Positions 39,401 through 52,667 of a stretch of DNA of 64,000 nt are shown here, one piece after another. This DNA comes from Octopus bimaculoides. Its lineage: Eukaryota. The stretch's first letter is position 1, and each line of letters begins with the position of its first letter. The notes beneath the pieces are model-generated. The model saw only the letters and a program-made list of their open reading frames with translations, was not told where the DNA came from and searched no databases. The stretch spans positions 78,503,141-78,567,140 of the forward strand of contig NC_068990.1 in the NCBI RefSeq assembly GCF_001194135.2, in the 5' to 3' direction. The position numbers and the translations under genes were made by a program.

Positions 39401-39739
39401 CTTTACTTTTTTTTTTTATTCTCTATGCTTTTGGGAATCAGAAAAACTTTTCATTTAAGAATATTTGAAATAAATTTATTCTATAGAATAAAGTTACATA
39501 AACCACCTTAAACCATCATGTGAATACATTTACCAAACAAGATGACTTCCAAATAGTTCCTGCTAAAAACCGATGGCACGTATCCTTACTAAATTCTTTA
39601 AGCTTTCTCTGTATGCATCTATTTCGAGTTACAAAATCATTTTATAGGGTATCGCATCTCCCAGAAGGTAAGTATTCAAACTGTCCACATTTGATATGTC
39701 AAAGGCGATATACATGGTCTTACCACTGTCTATTTATAA

Positions 39740-40260
39740 TCTCATGCAATGGCCACCAGTTTGGTTTCCATATAGCCAGATCTACACGAAACTGCTTTTT
39801 GTAGCAGGTTAAATTACTGCAGTTAAATCTCTCTCAGATGACACCCTCCAGTCTTTAAAAAGAAAAAAAAATCAAGGGGACACAATTGGATAATATAATC
39901 CTTGAAGCAAGCTAGAAAATTAAAAAAAGATATGTTTGGAGCACATCTAATCTCACCAGGACTAAAGTGAAGCGAAACGAACAACTGCAAAACTTCTTGC
40001 AAAATAAAACAAGTGGAGCATTTGGAAAAATAAGTGTGAAAGAAAGTTGAAAAAATATTTTGAGAAAACTGCAAGACTGGCCATGGTTTATAATAGTTGG
40101 TAAGAAACAAAGCTGAGGTTGACATTGACTGATGATAGAGAATGAGAAGATCTACAAATAAACAAGCTTTCTGACAAATTGTGTGCATTCTGTTAGCATG
40201 TTGAAGAATATCCCCCATGGACAGCAATGATATAGAAACGTTAGAAAAAAAAGGGAAAAG
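39740..40260 (+). mobile_element. Highly decayed RT-LINE fragment (RTE-like)
   Basis: HQFGFHIARST and KLKKYFEKTARLAMVYNSW resemble RT QFGFR..RST and the RTE C-terminal KLKGK.Y.TA.RPAMLY motifs; many stops. Confidence 0.35.
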
Positions 40261-40737
40261 AAAAAGCACTACCACCTAATGTAAACAAAATACTGTTATC
40301 TGTTGAAGATTTAATTATTAATATAAAATAATTTACTTATCTACCTGCTAGAAAGAACAGCCAGATCACCCTCACATTAAACAAGGACAAACTGAAAGAT
40401 ATAGTTCTAGATACTCCTAAAAGGACAGGATAGTCATGGTTGGAACGCTTTTGATCATAAGTTTGTTCAATCAGAAACAGCATGAAGGTTTAAATTTCCA
40501 AGCAGGGAATTTCATTCTCAAAAGAGAATGGCCATAAATCAAAATAAGGAAAAATTTTTTTAAAGTCTACAAAAATACTGGAAATTCTGAGAGGCAAATG
40601 TTTTGCGGGGAACAATTCAATGTGAGAATGGTTATTGCAAGAGATACAACATGGCTTAGTCTTTGTCCCTAAAATACAGAAGGTATTTCAAAGTTGGGAA
40701 ATAATCAAGAATTTGAAGGAATTTAGAAAGATAAATA

Positions 40738-41059
40738 GGCATGGCTGTGTGGTAAGAAGCTTGCTTCTCAACCAAATGGTTCTAGGTTCAGACCCACTGC
40801 ATGGCACCTGTGGTAAGTGTCTTCTACTGTAGCTTTGTGAGTGGATTTGATAGATGGAAACTGAAAGAAGCCTATGGTATATACATATGTTTACATCCTC
40901 ATAGCTTAGCAGTTTGTCAAAAGAGACTGATAAAATAAGGACCAGGCTTAAGAGAAAAATAAGTACTGGGGTCAGTTCATTCAACTAAAAATCTTTCAAG
41001 GTGGTGCCCCAGCATGGGCACAGTCTAATGACTGAAACAAGTAAAAGATAGATAAAAGA
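40738..41059 (+). mobile_element. tRNA-derived SINE
   Basis: Head ggcatggctgtgtggtaagaagcttgc...ggttcagacccactgc; tail tgactgaaacaagtaaaagata; other copies near 330-420, 38265, 50320-50705 and 54860. Confidence 0.85.
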
Positions 41060-41955
41060 ACTTTTTTTATTAATATTAATATAGGAACCATATCTGATAT
41101 TAGATTAGCTTAATCTTCGTTCTTATTAGGTTGGTGTTTGAAACACAACAAAAGGCTTTTACATGAAAATTATGATGGAAGGGTTAATCTTAAATACAAG
41201 TAGTTTAAAACAAGCAATTTTCTTTTATAAACTGCAAATAAATTTGTATCAAAAGAGCTAAATATAAAACAGCCTACCTTGAAACACTCTTAATTAATAT
41301 AGCATCGAAACTGATGGGAAATTTAAAAGGAAAATAGCAAGGAATTTGACCAGTCAGTACTTACAATAAAAGCAAAACTTTTTATCAATACCATACCAGC
41401 AACACTACAAGGACACTAACAAGTTATCATGCTGGTTGTTGCTCCACCCATTGGCACTAAAATATAAACTATACCACACTAAAGTGCACCAACAGTAATG
41501 AAATTGCAGAAAATATGATCCGGAGTTCCCCTCCTAAAACCAGCCTTGGATAACCACAAAAGTCTATTTTCGATCAAAACTAACAGCTCACGACTCTGAA
41601 AGACATAAGTATTTGAAATTCAGGAGCAGCAAAAGCAACCAGATACACAGAAAGGATAGAAAAAAGAAAGAAAGCATTTTGACATGTCAGCTATGTGGAA
41701 TTTGTATGGAAAATTGTAGCCCATATCTTAAGTAAATTAACTGCCAGAAAATGTCCTAAAGGTAAGCCTATGATATCATCGTACCCTCCACTGTATCATG
41801 ATATCATAGAAGAGTTACATTACAATGTACATCATAAATAGGGTAAACCAGGAGATCGATACGTGGCAACTACAAAATCATAATAGAGGTAGAAAACATT
41901 CAAAATAAAGTCAACTGTTGTGGAGGTTATACACACACACACACACATGTATATG

Positions 41956-42004
<49 letters not shown>

Positions 42005-42313
42005 GGTAAGAAGCACTGCCTTTACAATAAATGTAAAAGAGGTCTCTTGACAAGTACTTAACCAAGACTATGGCCATTTCACTAAGTATTTCCAAGTCCA
42101 ATCATTTTGAGAAGTTGAGCTTCACAAAGATGTAGTGAATGAAGTCAATTTATAAACTATATGAAACCAGTAAAACATTTTAAAAATGTTTCAAAAGTAC
42201 TCTTCATCCTCTTCACACTAATTACTGTTTAGGCAAAAAGAACTCTTATCTTGATAGGAAGAAATTAAAAAAAAAATTTCCATACATAAATATTTACATT
42301 TTACTTGTACTTT

Positions 42314-42349
<36 letters not shown>

Positions 42350-43765
42350 GTACATACAAACAAAATGTATACATTATATTCAGAAACAAATTATTTCTTA
42401 GATGACTAACACATTTTTTATTTGTATGTGTGTGTGTGTGTATATACACACACAAATAATTCTTTAATGATTAACACATTTGCATATGTATATACACGTA
42501 AACACATACAGACCTATACACACACACACAAACATTATTAGATGAATATATATACACATACAGAAATCTTTTGCACATGTACACATTTTTACACAAAACA
42601 AATACAATACAGATAGGTCTTTCACAGTAATAGTATAAACATTTCAATGTTGATATTGAAACAATGTAACCTCCACACAATACTGATATTAACTGATATC
42701 ATATCAACAATAAACAGGCACAAGTTTTATCATATACATGCTTATATATAATATCAAACTAAAACAAAATATATCAAAAAGCTAACATTTCATTCAATAT
42801 ACAAATGACATCATTATGTATGTATATATATATATATATATATATTCAGTTTTATTACTAGCACAAAAATAGCACCCTTCATTTGTACCCAACAAACAAT
42901 GAGTATTTCAATGTTAATCCGTTATACAAAGGATCTCTATCTCTCCCCTCTCCCCCTCTCTCTGTTCTACACACACTTCACCAACAAAACTGATATTTCA
43001 GCATTACTACATAATAGATATTATTACCATGATGCTGTCAATAGCTCTTCTGGGTAGGAACTGCCACTTCTTTGCACCATCAAATATCAGCAAATATAGA
43101 AACAAGTTTTAACATTATGATCATTATTGTTTGGTGGTGGTGGTGGTGGTAGGATTGCTTAGGTCACTACTACCTCACAGTTGTATTCTATCCATTCACA
43201 GTCAAAGTACCAAAAGGTACTGGGGTTCACTCTATTGTCTATACTCTTTATCTGATATCGTGTATAGTATAAGGAATAGACTATCATCATCATCATCATC
43301 ATCAATATGGCAGATTACATGGCAGAATCATGTAATCAACCTCCCATTCACCACAAATTGCCGGTCTTGTGCCATAATTTGAAACCATTATTATTATTAT
43401 TATTATTATCATCATCATCTTGTTTACACACGCACACACACATTCTTTGTTTTGTCCTGTACTGTCCATGTTTTTCTTAATGTGAACCCTTGTGGTGAAT
43501 AAAGAAATCATCATCATCATCATCGTCATCGTCAAAGAGGTAAGCTAGCAGAATTGTTAGCAACACCAGACAAAATGCTTAGTGGCATTAACTCTGTTTT
43601 TGTGTTGAATTCAAATTCCCCACCTGAGGTCAACTTTGCATTTCATCCTTTCAGAGTCAATAAAATAAGTCCCAGTTGAGCACTGAGGGGTGTGGGGTGG
43701 AGGTGTCAATGTCATTGTCTTATCCCCTCCCCTAAAACTGCTGACCTTCTGCCAAAATTTGAAAC

Positions 43766-43799
<34 letters not shown>

Positions 43800-46714
43800 G
43801 TTATCATTATTATTGGCTTTCTGAGTTCAAATTCCATCAAGGTCAACTTTGCCTTCCATCCTTTCACAGTCAATGAAATAAGTACCAGTTTGAGCACTGG
43901 GGTTCATACATATACCCCCTCCCCAAAATATTCTGGGCACTGTGCCTATAATAGAAAGGGTTATTATTATTATTATCATTATATGGCATCAAGAACAGGT
44001 TGGTGATTGTGTTCTCTGCAAAGTGAGTCAATAAATGCCTCTGATTCCTACAGGGAGCCATTCACGCCACAGATGACCTTGAAAAAGAAAAGGAAAAGGG
44101 CAGGAGGGGGCTGCAGCTTTTTGTTCTTTTGCCATGGATTCTGAGACACCAATTTTAAGTGAGAAATCCTTTTCGTCACAAATGGCAGATTTGCTTACAA
44201 CACAAGCACATACTTTGATATATTTGTGATTCTTCATGTGACTTCAAATTCCACAGAAGTCATATTTGCCTTTCATCCTTCCAGGGTGGATAAAATATAA
44301 TCAAGTTTTTTTGAAATTGGTGGTCTCGTGTCTATGTTAGAAATCCTGATTAAGTATTATGATTACCCTATTAGATCATTGATGCTGCTGCCGCCACTAC
44401 TACTACTATTACTACTACTTCCACCACCACCACCACTACCATCACAATATTTCCCCTGAAAGATCAAAATTAAAAGGTAAGTTTGCATTTGCTCAGCTGC
44501 TGCTATCAGTCATAATTAATTAACAAGGTTTATGTATTGTTTATTTCTCTTAGAACAAATTTTTTTTTTCGCTGTGAAGAACCTTAGGCAAGTTCTTCAA
44601 TAAGTTTTCATGGAAACACAAAAAATAAAATGAAAATAAATATGAAATTAAATGTGATATGGAAAGCTTCAGGTGAAGGTGCACCTGGGTAGATACTTTT
44701 GGTACTTGTTTCCACTTCATTCTACGCTATGTCTGACATTAGCTGTAAGTGTTCCAGGATTGATAAAATATAAACATAGCAATCCATTAGATTTTGCCCA
44801 ATTAATAAACTCAGCCTTAAGAATCTGAGTGGAGTAATAGGATGTGGTGCAGATGGTGGTGAAATGAAACTGTGACATATATTGGAGTTCAAGTCCCATT
44901 GAGATTTACTTAGCATTTTAACATTACATAGCATGAGAGAGGGGGAGAGAGAGAGAGAGAGAACCGGCAAGTTGAGATCATGATGGAGTTTCAATAACTG
45001 GCTGAAACCATTTCCTTTCTATCACAATGCAAATGAGAAGAGAGAGAGAGAGAAAGACAGGAAGAGGTGGTCAGACAGAGACAGACAAAGACAGAGACAG
45101 ACAAAGACAGATTACTGTCAAAATATTGCTTTCCTGCATTGACCCTAAAGTGAAAAACCTTTGTGTTAAGTCTAAAACCAATATATCCAAGAACTACTGC
45201 CACACAGAACAGCATGCCCTTATGCCTAATATATTCAAGATGACTCTAGAAACAACCCCTCCTTCCAGACAACCCCCACTACCCATCCGAAAATAAATAT
45301 TCAATTTCAAATTTCACCAATCAACTGCTAATTTTGAATTCTTTAGAAAAGAGAACTGGATTGACAATCCAATGGAGAAAATAAGGAGCAGAAATTACAA
45401 CTATTCTCAAGGTAGCTCATTCCTCAAAGTTCAATATAGTCATAAGGTCAGGGGAGGGAGGTCAGTAAAATACGTACCAATATTCAGGGGCTGATTACAA
45501 TTAATCACAATCTCCTTTATTTGAATAAAACTATCTTTTCCCAACTCAAATGAAATGGTTCTTAATATTTTTATTTACAATAGGGATGATAATCAAAAAC
45601 AGTAACAAGACAACCATACTGAATATTTTAAGCTATCTAGTTTGATTTCTCACTTTGCAGAGTTCAAATCACTGTCAGTTTGACTAACTTTCATTCCCTG
45701 AAGGTTGGTAAAGCATTGGTGATGATACAATCAACTCTGTTCCGAGAAATTGGCTTTCTGCCGACTGAATGACAATTACTATTATTGAAGCTGATGATAT
45801 TACTGTAGTGTCTTAAGTAGTAATACACATTGTGTCATTTGCTCGAGGTAAGAGTTTTTAGATATAAGAGGTAGCAGCAATCACTAAGCTACACAGAAGG
45901 AGGCAGAAGTAAATTATACATGTTCAGCGAAGAGAGCAATTGATAGAAATTCGTGGAAAATGCTGCACCATCACTAACATCAGTGCCAAGATGACAAGCG
46001 CCAACACAAATCGCACTGACAACCACAGAATCTCCACCTCCCTAATAGATACTAACTAGAATGTTTTGGTAACTGAAACAGATGCTCACAACCAATTTTA
46101 TAAGAGTAGCAGCAATAGACAAGGATGATGGTAAAGGTGAAACAGGTGAAGACGTAATAGTAGTCTGTGTGTGGGGGGGGGGGATAAAAGATAGGAAAAA
46201 AGAGAAGAATCGAAGAGAAAAGGGACGAATTTGAAATGATGAAGAAAGAATTAAAGAGCTACTGGAATATTTAAATATGAGCAATGGTTGTTTTGTGAGG
46301 GAGACAGAGTTGAAGGCCATCGCATAGTAACGACAGGATGCTGAAGATGAAGGCCACTGAGTCACTTTATAACGGTAAACACACATCTCTCAATAAAGGG
46401 TTTTCATCTCGTGCGTGCGTGTATATATGCGTATTTTGTAGGGGTGTGTGTGTCTGTGTGTGCACATAGATACACAATCGTGCGCGGGAGATACACAGAG
46501 CAATCATTTTACACACATATATATACACACATCTGTGCAAGTATATATTATACAAAATTTACCAGAATACATGACATATTTCAAGATAAATGTCTGGAAA
46601 GCTGTGCGTGTGTGTGTGTGTGTGTGTATACTTGTGTGTACACAATATTATACAGTTTATATACCTATTTATTTGTACACATATCAAAGTCTGTATATCC
46701 ACACACATACACTC

Positions 46715-47006
46715 TGTGGATTTACGTATTTCTTAAATAATCGTCAATATGTTTTGATATTTTCATATTTAAACTTTTACACGACTGAAGTGATTACAAA
46801 AAATATTCGGCATGTAACTGAATCAAATTCTTTTAAATAATACAAAGATATATTATATTATATTATATTATATTATATTATATATATATATTATATTATA
46901 TATATATATATATTATATTATACATAGTAAACAGATCAGTGATGTAAAAGTTAACATGAAATATCAATAGATGTCGACGATTGTCTAAGAAATACGTAAA
47001 TCCACA
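46715..47006. mobile_element. MITE-like fold-back element with about 72-bp terminal inverted repeats around a (TATAT)n tract
   Basis: Arms 46715-46788 and 46936-47006; outermost 21 bp (TGTGGATTTACGTATTTCTTA) are perfectly inverted. Confidence 0.8.
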
Positions 47007-47768
47007 ATTTTTAATAATAAAAGGAAAAGCATGTCTATCAATACATCAACGTAAGATACGTGGAGGGGAAGGTTTAAAGAACCCCCCCCCCCAAAAAAAA
47101 ACGATTATAAAGATTGATAAACTAGATAAATAAATGTAGTTTAATGTAAAATAAATGTAATTTCTTCGTCGAATTGTCGATTCGCCACTTTTTATGAATG
47201 TTTGATGGTGAAAGCAAAACCATAATGATTAATAATATATTGAAGGAGGCGATCCCACTTTTAGACATTTCGTGGAGACATCATCATCATCAGCATCAGA
47301 GGCAGGGAGATGGCAAGATTTATTTATTATAAACACTAGACATTATAATAGGAGATCGGGAAATATTTCAACATCGATTGGAGACATCATTATGAAATGT
47401 CTCCACATCAGACACTGGGATATATTTGTTATAAACACATTCATTTAATCATTATACACACACACACATGTTAAATTATTTCTTCACACGTCTACACACA
47501 GACACAAGAAAGGTTTATTTATTATAAACACGTTATTAGACATTATTGAAACATTACAGAACGACATATAAAGAAACACCTGACGCAATCCAAACGACAA
47601 AATCACAAATATTTATTTTAAAAAAACCCACGTCTTAACATTATTAAGAGAAATATATAAACACAAATCTCACAACAATTTAATAATAAATCATAGAAGA
47701 CAATCACAAGTAATAATAATAATAATAAGGGAAGAAAGACAGAAGTATTTGCTAATAATAGCTGTTAC

Positions 47769-47823
47769 CTTCTTCATCGGTTTTCTCCATGGTTTCCTTA
47801 ACGATGTCTTCACGTTCTTCCAT
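47769..47823 (-). CDS. Probable first coding exon of an unidentified minus-strand gene (MEEREDIVKETMEKTDEE + 1 nt)
   Basis: AAG-ATG-G start context, in-frame TGA four codons upstream, 18 acidic/charged codons, donor AAG|gtaaca at 47768; lies at the edge of the CpG-richer region. Short, no homology recognised. Confidence 0.6.
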
Positions 47824-48879
47824 CTTTTTAGATTTTCAGTAAATTTCTTAGATTTTCGTTTTGCTTACGATTTCTGTTTTTTATTTCTAATGGAATTGGT
47901 AAAAGGGGAACTTTTCTTTTCAGAGGGGGTTCCTTTTTCCTTTTCTCCCCCCCTCAATTCACTCACCACATATTATATAAGTATTATTATTACTATTACT
48001 ATTATTATTATTATTAATTACTACATCATTAATACAACCGATTCCCTTCCTTCTCTCTCTCTTACATATTATATATTTTATAGATTCTCTTATCACTACT
48101 TATGCAGATTATTATTATTATTATTATTATTACATTATTAACGATGTCTTTTCACCGCATTTAACAAATGTCCACTTGCCTTCTAATAATAATAATAAGA
48201 TTATTGTAATTATTATTAATTAAATACCATTCACACAAACAACGATGCTGCAATCAACTGACGAGCTGTGATTTCTTCACTTTTCCCCCCACATACACAC
48301 AGCATTATATACACACCAACATGCAACCACTATATACACACCACTATATATACACAATCATAACACTATATACACACACACGTACACGGAGTATCGCTAA
48401 TCTTTTTCTTCAGTTTTTTCTCCCCTAATAAAGTGTGGAGGCGGTAAAAACGATTTAAAAGAAATCCAGAGTATCAAATAATAATAATAATAATAATAAT
48501 TTGTTATTTGTTATGAATAATCGATATTATATGGTGGTGATGATGATAATAGTAACAACGATACTATAAAATATGTTGGTGGCAGCGACTAATTTTTCTT
48601 TCTTCTGGGATTTCTCATTTAATTTCGGGTTTGTTTGTTATAAAAATCCAGTTTTTTGTAGTTTTTGTACTCCTTGACTTCATGGTTTCGGGTCTGACTC
48701 GCCTCCCTCGCTGCTGGATGTCTTCGCCGCCTCTAAACACCGCCACTACCAGGGCTACTATTGCTACTATTACTACTGCCGCCGCTGCTGCTGCTGTTTA
48801 CCATCAACAGCAGCAACACCTCTGTCTGTCTTTCTCTCACTCCATGTCAATCTATATTTTACATTTAGTGTACGAAGGT

Positions 48880-48950
<71 letters not shown>

Positions 48951-49122
48951 GAGAGACGGAAGGAGTGACGGGTAAAGGAAAGAAAGGGGGTGAGTAAAGG
49001 AGTGGGGAAAAGAGTTTGTGACAAATGGAGTGGAGAGAGAGAGAGAGAAGTAAGAACGGGGAGGGGGAGATACCTGAGAGAGGAATAATAGAGAGAAATG
49101 GCTGCAGTTTCGTCTCGAACAG

Positions 49123-49157
<35 letters not shown>

Positions 49158-49495
49158 ATGCATTCCAGTTAGGTGTGTGTCGTGTTGGTATACACACACA
49201 CACACACATATATATATGTATATATATATATATTAGAGGAGGGGAAATTTTATTTGGTTTCTGTTTAAAAGCAGCTGTAGTAGTAGTAGTAATAGTAGTA
49301 GTAGTCGTAGAAATACTAAGTCCTAATCAACAACTAAAGCCGTTCAAACTACAATTACTTCTGTCCTCATACCTGCCCCACCCACCTTCCATTGCAACAC
49401 CTCTCGCTACTACTACTACTACCTCCACCACCACGACTGCTGCTGTGAAACAGCAGCAACGGTTCCCCCCCTCCTCCTCCCGCCAACCCCTTTAG
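47824..49495. promoter_or_regulatory. Putative bidirectional promoter / 5' UTR region
   Basis: Visibly more CpG and GC-rich trinucleotide tracts than the flanks, no recognisable TE insertions, flanked by two outward-facing candidate 5' coding exons. Confidence 0.45.
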
Positions 49496-49528
49496 TTGCA
49501 ACGATTCCTGCAGTTGCTGCTACTGCTG

Positions 49529-49779
49529 ATGGCATTGCTATTGCAGCGGTCGTGGCAACGGTTCCTGCAGTTCCTGCAACTACCGTTGTTATTTCTGCAG
49601 CTGCTGCTGATGGTAACAGTGCTTGTGACGGTTACTGCTGCTGCTGCTGCTGCTGCTGCTGGCGGTGATGGTATCATCGATAGCGCTACATTGACTTCTG
49701 CTACATTGAATAGGACAAAAGTGACAGACAGAGACAACATTGATTTCCGAGAATGGTGGGATTGGGAGGAGGACGGCAT
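49529..49779 (+). CDS. 5' coding exon of an unidentified secreted or type-I membrane protein (MALLLQRSW...LLLMVTVLVTVT-A8-GGDG...NRT...DFREWWDWEEDG)
   Basis: 83 codons plus 2 nt; hydrophobic leader, poly-Ala, N-glycosylation sequon NRT, strong donor AT|gtatgt at 49780 with a stop just inside the intron; a possible acceptor (cctttag|) at 49495. Confidence 0.6.
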
Positions 49780-50319
49780 GTATGTCACGTAACCCCGAAT
49801 ATCTCTCTTATGAAAGCTCCAGGATTTATGTATGCCCTTAAAGCGAAAAATATCGATTTCCAAAGTGACAAACTGGACAATAGAGTATTACTGTTAATAT
49901 CGACCCTGGGAAGATAAAAGATTTTAAAAAAACACACACACACACACACACAAAAACCTAGCAGGGAATTCAGAATGTATAAAGGACATAACTAAATATA
50001 GACCGGCACTGTACCATTTCAACCATTTCACAATTAATATCTGAAGACACAGAGCCAATAAAGAAGCCTCTAAGTGGTCACTCAATCTGCATGAAATAGC
50101 AACTAAATCTCCCTCAAATCACACATGAGCATCTTAAAAATATTTCGATATAAAATTTTATTAAGATAAATATATGTAATTTTGATCACTTGGCTCCATG
50201 CAACTTAGTATTGTAGGCTTCCAGAACAAACCTAACACATCAAGCATTTGAAGACCAACTGTAAACTCCTATCAAAAGTGTTGAGTGCCACTTTCTTTCA
50301 TTTGTCCACTCAGCCATGC

Positions 50320-50490
50320 TGGAGCATCACCTTTTGACAGACAAATTGACCCCAGGAATTATTCTTTGTAAGCCTAGTACTTAGGCTATTGGTCTCTTTT
50401 TGCCAAACTGCTAGGTGACGGGGACATAAACACACTAACATTGGTTGTCAAGCAATCGCGGGGGGACAAACTCGGACACGAATAACAAAT

Positions 50491-50545
<55 letters not shown>

Positions 50546-50705
50546 NNNNNNNNNNAATGGGTTTCTTTCAGTTTCCATCTATCAAATCCACTCACAAGGC
50601 TTTGGTCAGCCCGAAGCTATAGTAGAAGACACTTGCCCAAGGTGCCACACAATGGGATTGAACCCAGAACCATGTGGTTGGGAAGCAAGCTTCTTACCAC
50701 ACATC
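50320..50705 (-). mobile_element. tRNA-derived SINE with internal (CA)n and a small gap
   Basis: Reverse complement of the 40738 family head and 54860 family body. Confidence 0.85.
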
Positions 50706-50717
50706 CACTCCTGTGCC

Positions 50718-50763
<46 letters not shown>

Positions 50764-50933
50764 CATAATTGTTACCATTATTATTGCAATTGATATTATT
50801 TAAAACAGTTTCATTTGGGTCCCATGCAACTTAAAAGTTTCATAGGCTTTTTACAGAAACCTTGCTCTATAATAACTGCTACTAAATATGTAGAATGCCT
50901 TTTTCTTTTGTTTGTCCACTCAACCGCATGTGC

Positions 50934-50988
<55 letters not shown>

Positions 50989-51599
50989 CATACCGTATAT
51001 GTAAGTATGCATATAAATATACCAAATAATAGGTGAATGGAGGATTTATATTCACAATTGCTTTAGAAGAAATTTAGTGAATGCAGCCATAGCAGATTAC
51101 ATCATATTATATAAATCTCTAACATCATCAGGCATTATTTAACCTTAGTTACCTGTGACATAGCCTACTAATTTCAGCTACATACATGCATGTATATATA
51201 CATACATACATTCATACATCATCATCATCGTCTTTTAACATCTGCTTTCCATGCTGGCATGGGTTGAACATCTGCTTTCCATGCTGGCATGGTGTAGCCA
51301 GAAGGCTACACCAAGTTCCAATCTGATCCGGCAGAGTTTCTACAGCTGGATGCCCTTCCTAATGCCAACCACTCTGAGAGTGTAGTGGGTGCTTTTTACA
51401 TGCCACCAGCACAGGAACCGGTCAGCACAAACCTCCACCAATGCAACACCAACGTCCTCTCAACGATTAGTCAGAGATGATTTTTAAAACGAGAATATCT
51501 GAAATAAACTCGACTGCTCTCACAAATAAGAATACTAAAATTAACCCGACTGGTCTTAAAAATTAAATTTTAAAAAAACAGAAAAACAATCCAGAATCC

Positions 51600-51900
51600 T
51601 TGTCTGATACCTGACTGATCCCAATGGTAGTCATGGAATGTGAAGGTGGATGTGCGGGCCATGTTTGTAATGTTGTGTGTGTATCACCTGCAGGGGGAAC
51701 AAGGACAGTTTTCTCTATGAAGGCCCTTTTTAGTCCTTCCACTGATATAGTGTCTTTATGACCATTAAGGTCTATAGTAAAAAATCTATCCGTGTGTGAA
51801 AGAAAACGGAAAGGACCTGCATACGGTGCTGTTAACGGAGGTTTAACAACATCGTTGCGCACAAAAACCTGAGTCCAAGAAGTAAAGCTTCCTTCAAGGC
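51600..51900 (-). mobile_element. Gypsy/Ty3 LTR-retrotransposon fragment (integrase C-terminal region)
   Basis: SWTQVFVRNDVVKPPLTAPYAGPFRFLSHTDRFFTIDLNGHKDTISVEGLKRAF matches the Gypsy post-integrase pattern VFVR.D.V..PL.PPY.GPF.V..R..K.F....G..DT.S.DRLK. Confidence 0.8.
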
Positions 51901-52269
51901 AGAGCTAGAAATTCAGTTGTCAAGTAGGTAAGAGGTTTTAAACAAGAGCGATATATTAAAAATTGGTGAAACTAAAAATTGTCAAGGATAAATTAAATTT
52001 ATTATTGTTACTGAATATGTTAGTGTCTTTTAATTTCTGAACAGCTTTGCTGCTGTTTGTTTATGTAGTTTGATTTCTTTATCCATCAGTTTCTACTAAG
52101 ATAGAGACATGAGTAAAATTAATAAAGAAGCATAAATAAAACTTTGGAAACAGCTATGCCACCATAACTTACGTGGAAACCATGAGCATGCTTTCAAGGG
52201 AGATAATCAGAGAAAGACTTGAAAGTGAACGTAAGATTGTAATACTTCATGTAAAGTAAATATAACAAA

Positions 52270-52667
52270 TAATCCAGGACCAGATTATCAACACAGCATG
52301 CCCCAGTGACAACAGGATTGATGGGAAAGAAGAAGAAAAAAATAAACAGCTATGATGATTCAAAGTGGAAAATACGAAGGTTGTGGTCAATGAAGACAGT
52401 AGACGTGATACCAATAGTAATTGGTGCACTTGGAAGTATCAACACTCAACTACCAATATGGCTGAAAAAGATTGGTGCAAGTGTGAAGGTAGAACACCTA
52501 GAAAAATCAGCATTGCTTGGAACTTCAGGAATTCTTCGCAGGGTTCTTGAAGCATGACCAGTAAACAAGTGCCACCTTAGTCTGCTGGCTGTGGACAGCT
52601 GACTCCCTTTCCATCATACCAAGCAAAATAAAGCTGTGAGTTTTCATTAAATAATAATAATAATAAT
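52270..52667 (+). mobile_element. 3' end of an R4/Dong-like REL LINE with 3' UTR and (AAT)6 tail
   Basis: KWKIRRLWSMKTVDVIPIVIGALGSI..LEKSALLGTSGILRRVLEA*; its 3' UTR is also present at about 33855-33930. Confidence 0.88.

Noticed and set aside
39724-39810. Minus-strand exon-like peptide YKKQFRVDLAIWKPNWWPLHEIINRQW with a gtaaga donor
   Set aside because: It is the antisense of an RT QFGF..RST motif in a decayed LINE, and the acceptor is weak.
41365-41533. Exon-shaped minus-strand segment (tttag|...|gtaagt) with hydrophobic reading and two in-frame TAGs that A-to-I editing could turn into Trp
   Set aside because: Two stops in 56 codons is about what AT-rich random DNA gives; no homology and no nearby pairing partner seen. 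Only edited spliced reads would revive it.
44060-44110. Strong minus-strand polypyrimidine acceptor (ttttccttttctttttcaag|G)
   Set aside because: All three frames stop within 50 nt and there is no good donor; at most a non-coding or cryptic exon.
49492-49863. Minus-strand 123-aa ORF opposite the signal-peptide exon
   Set aside because: Openness follows from GCT/CAG repeats; the plus strand has the better leader and splice donor.
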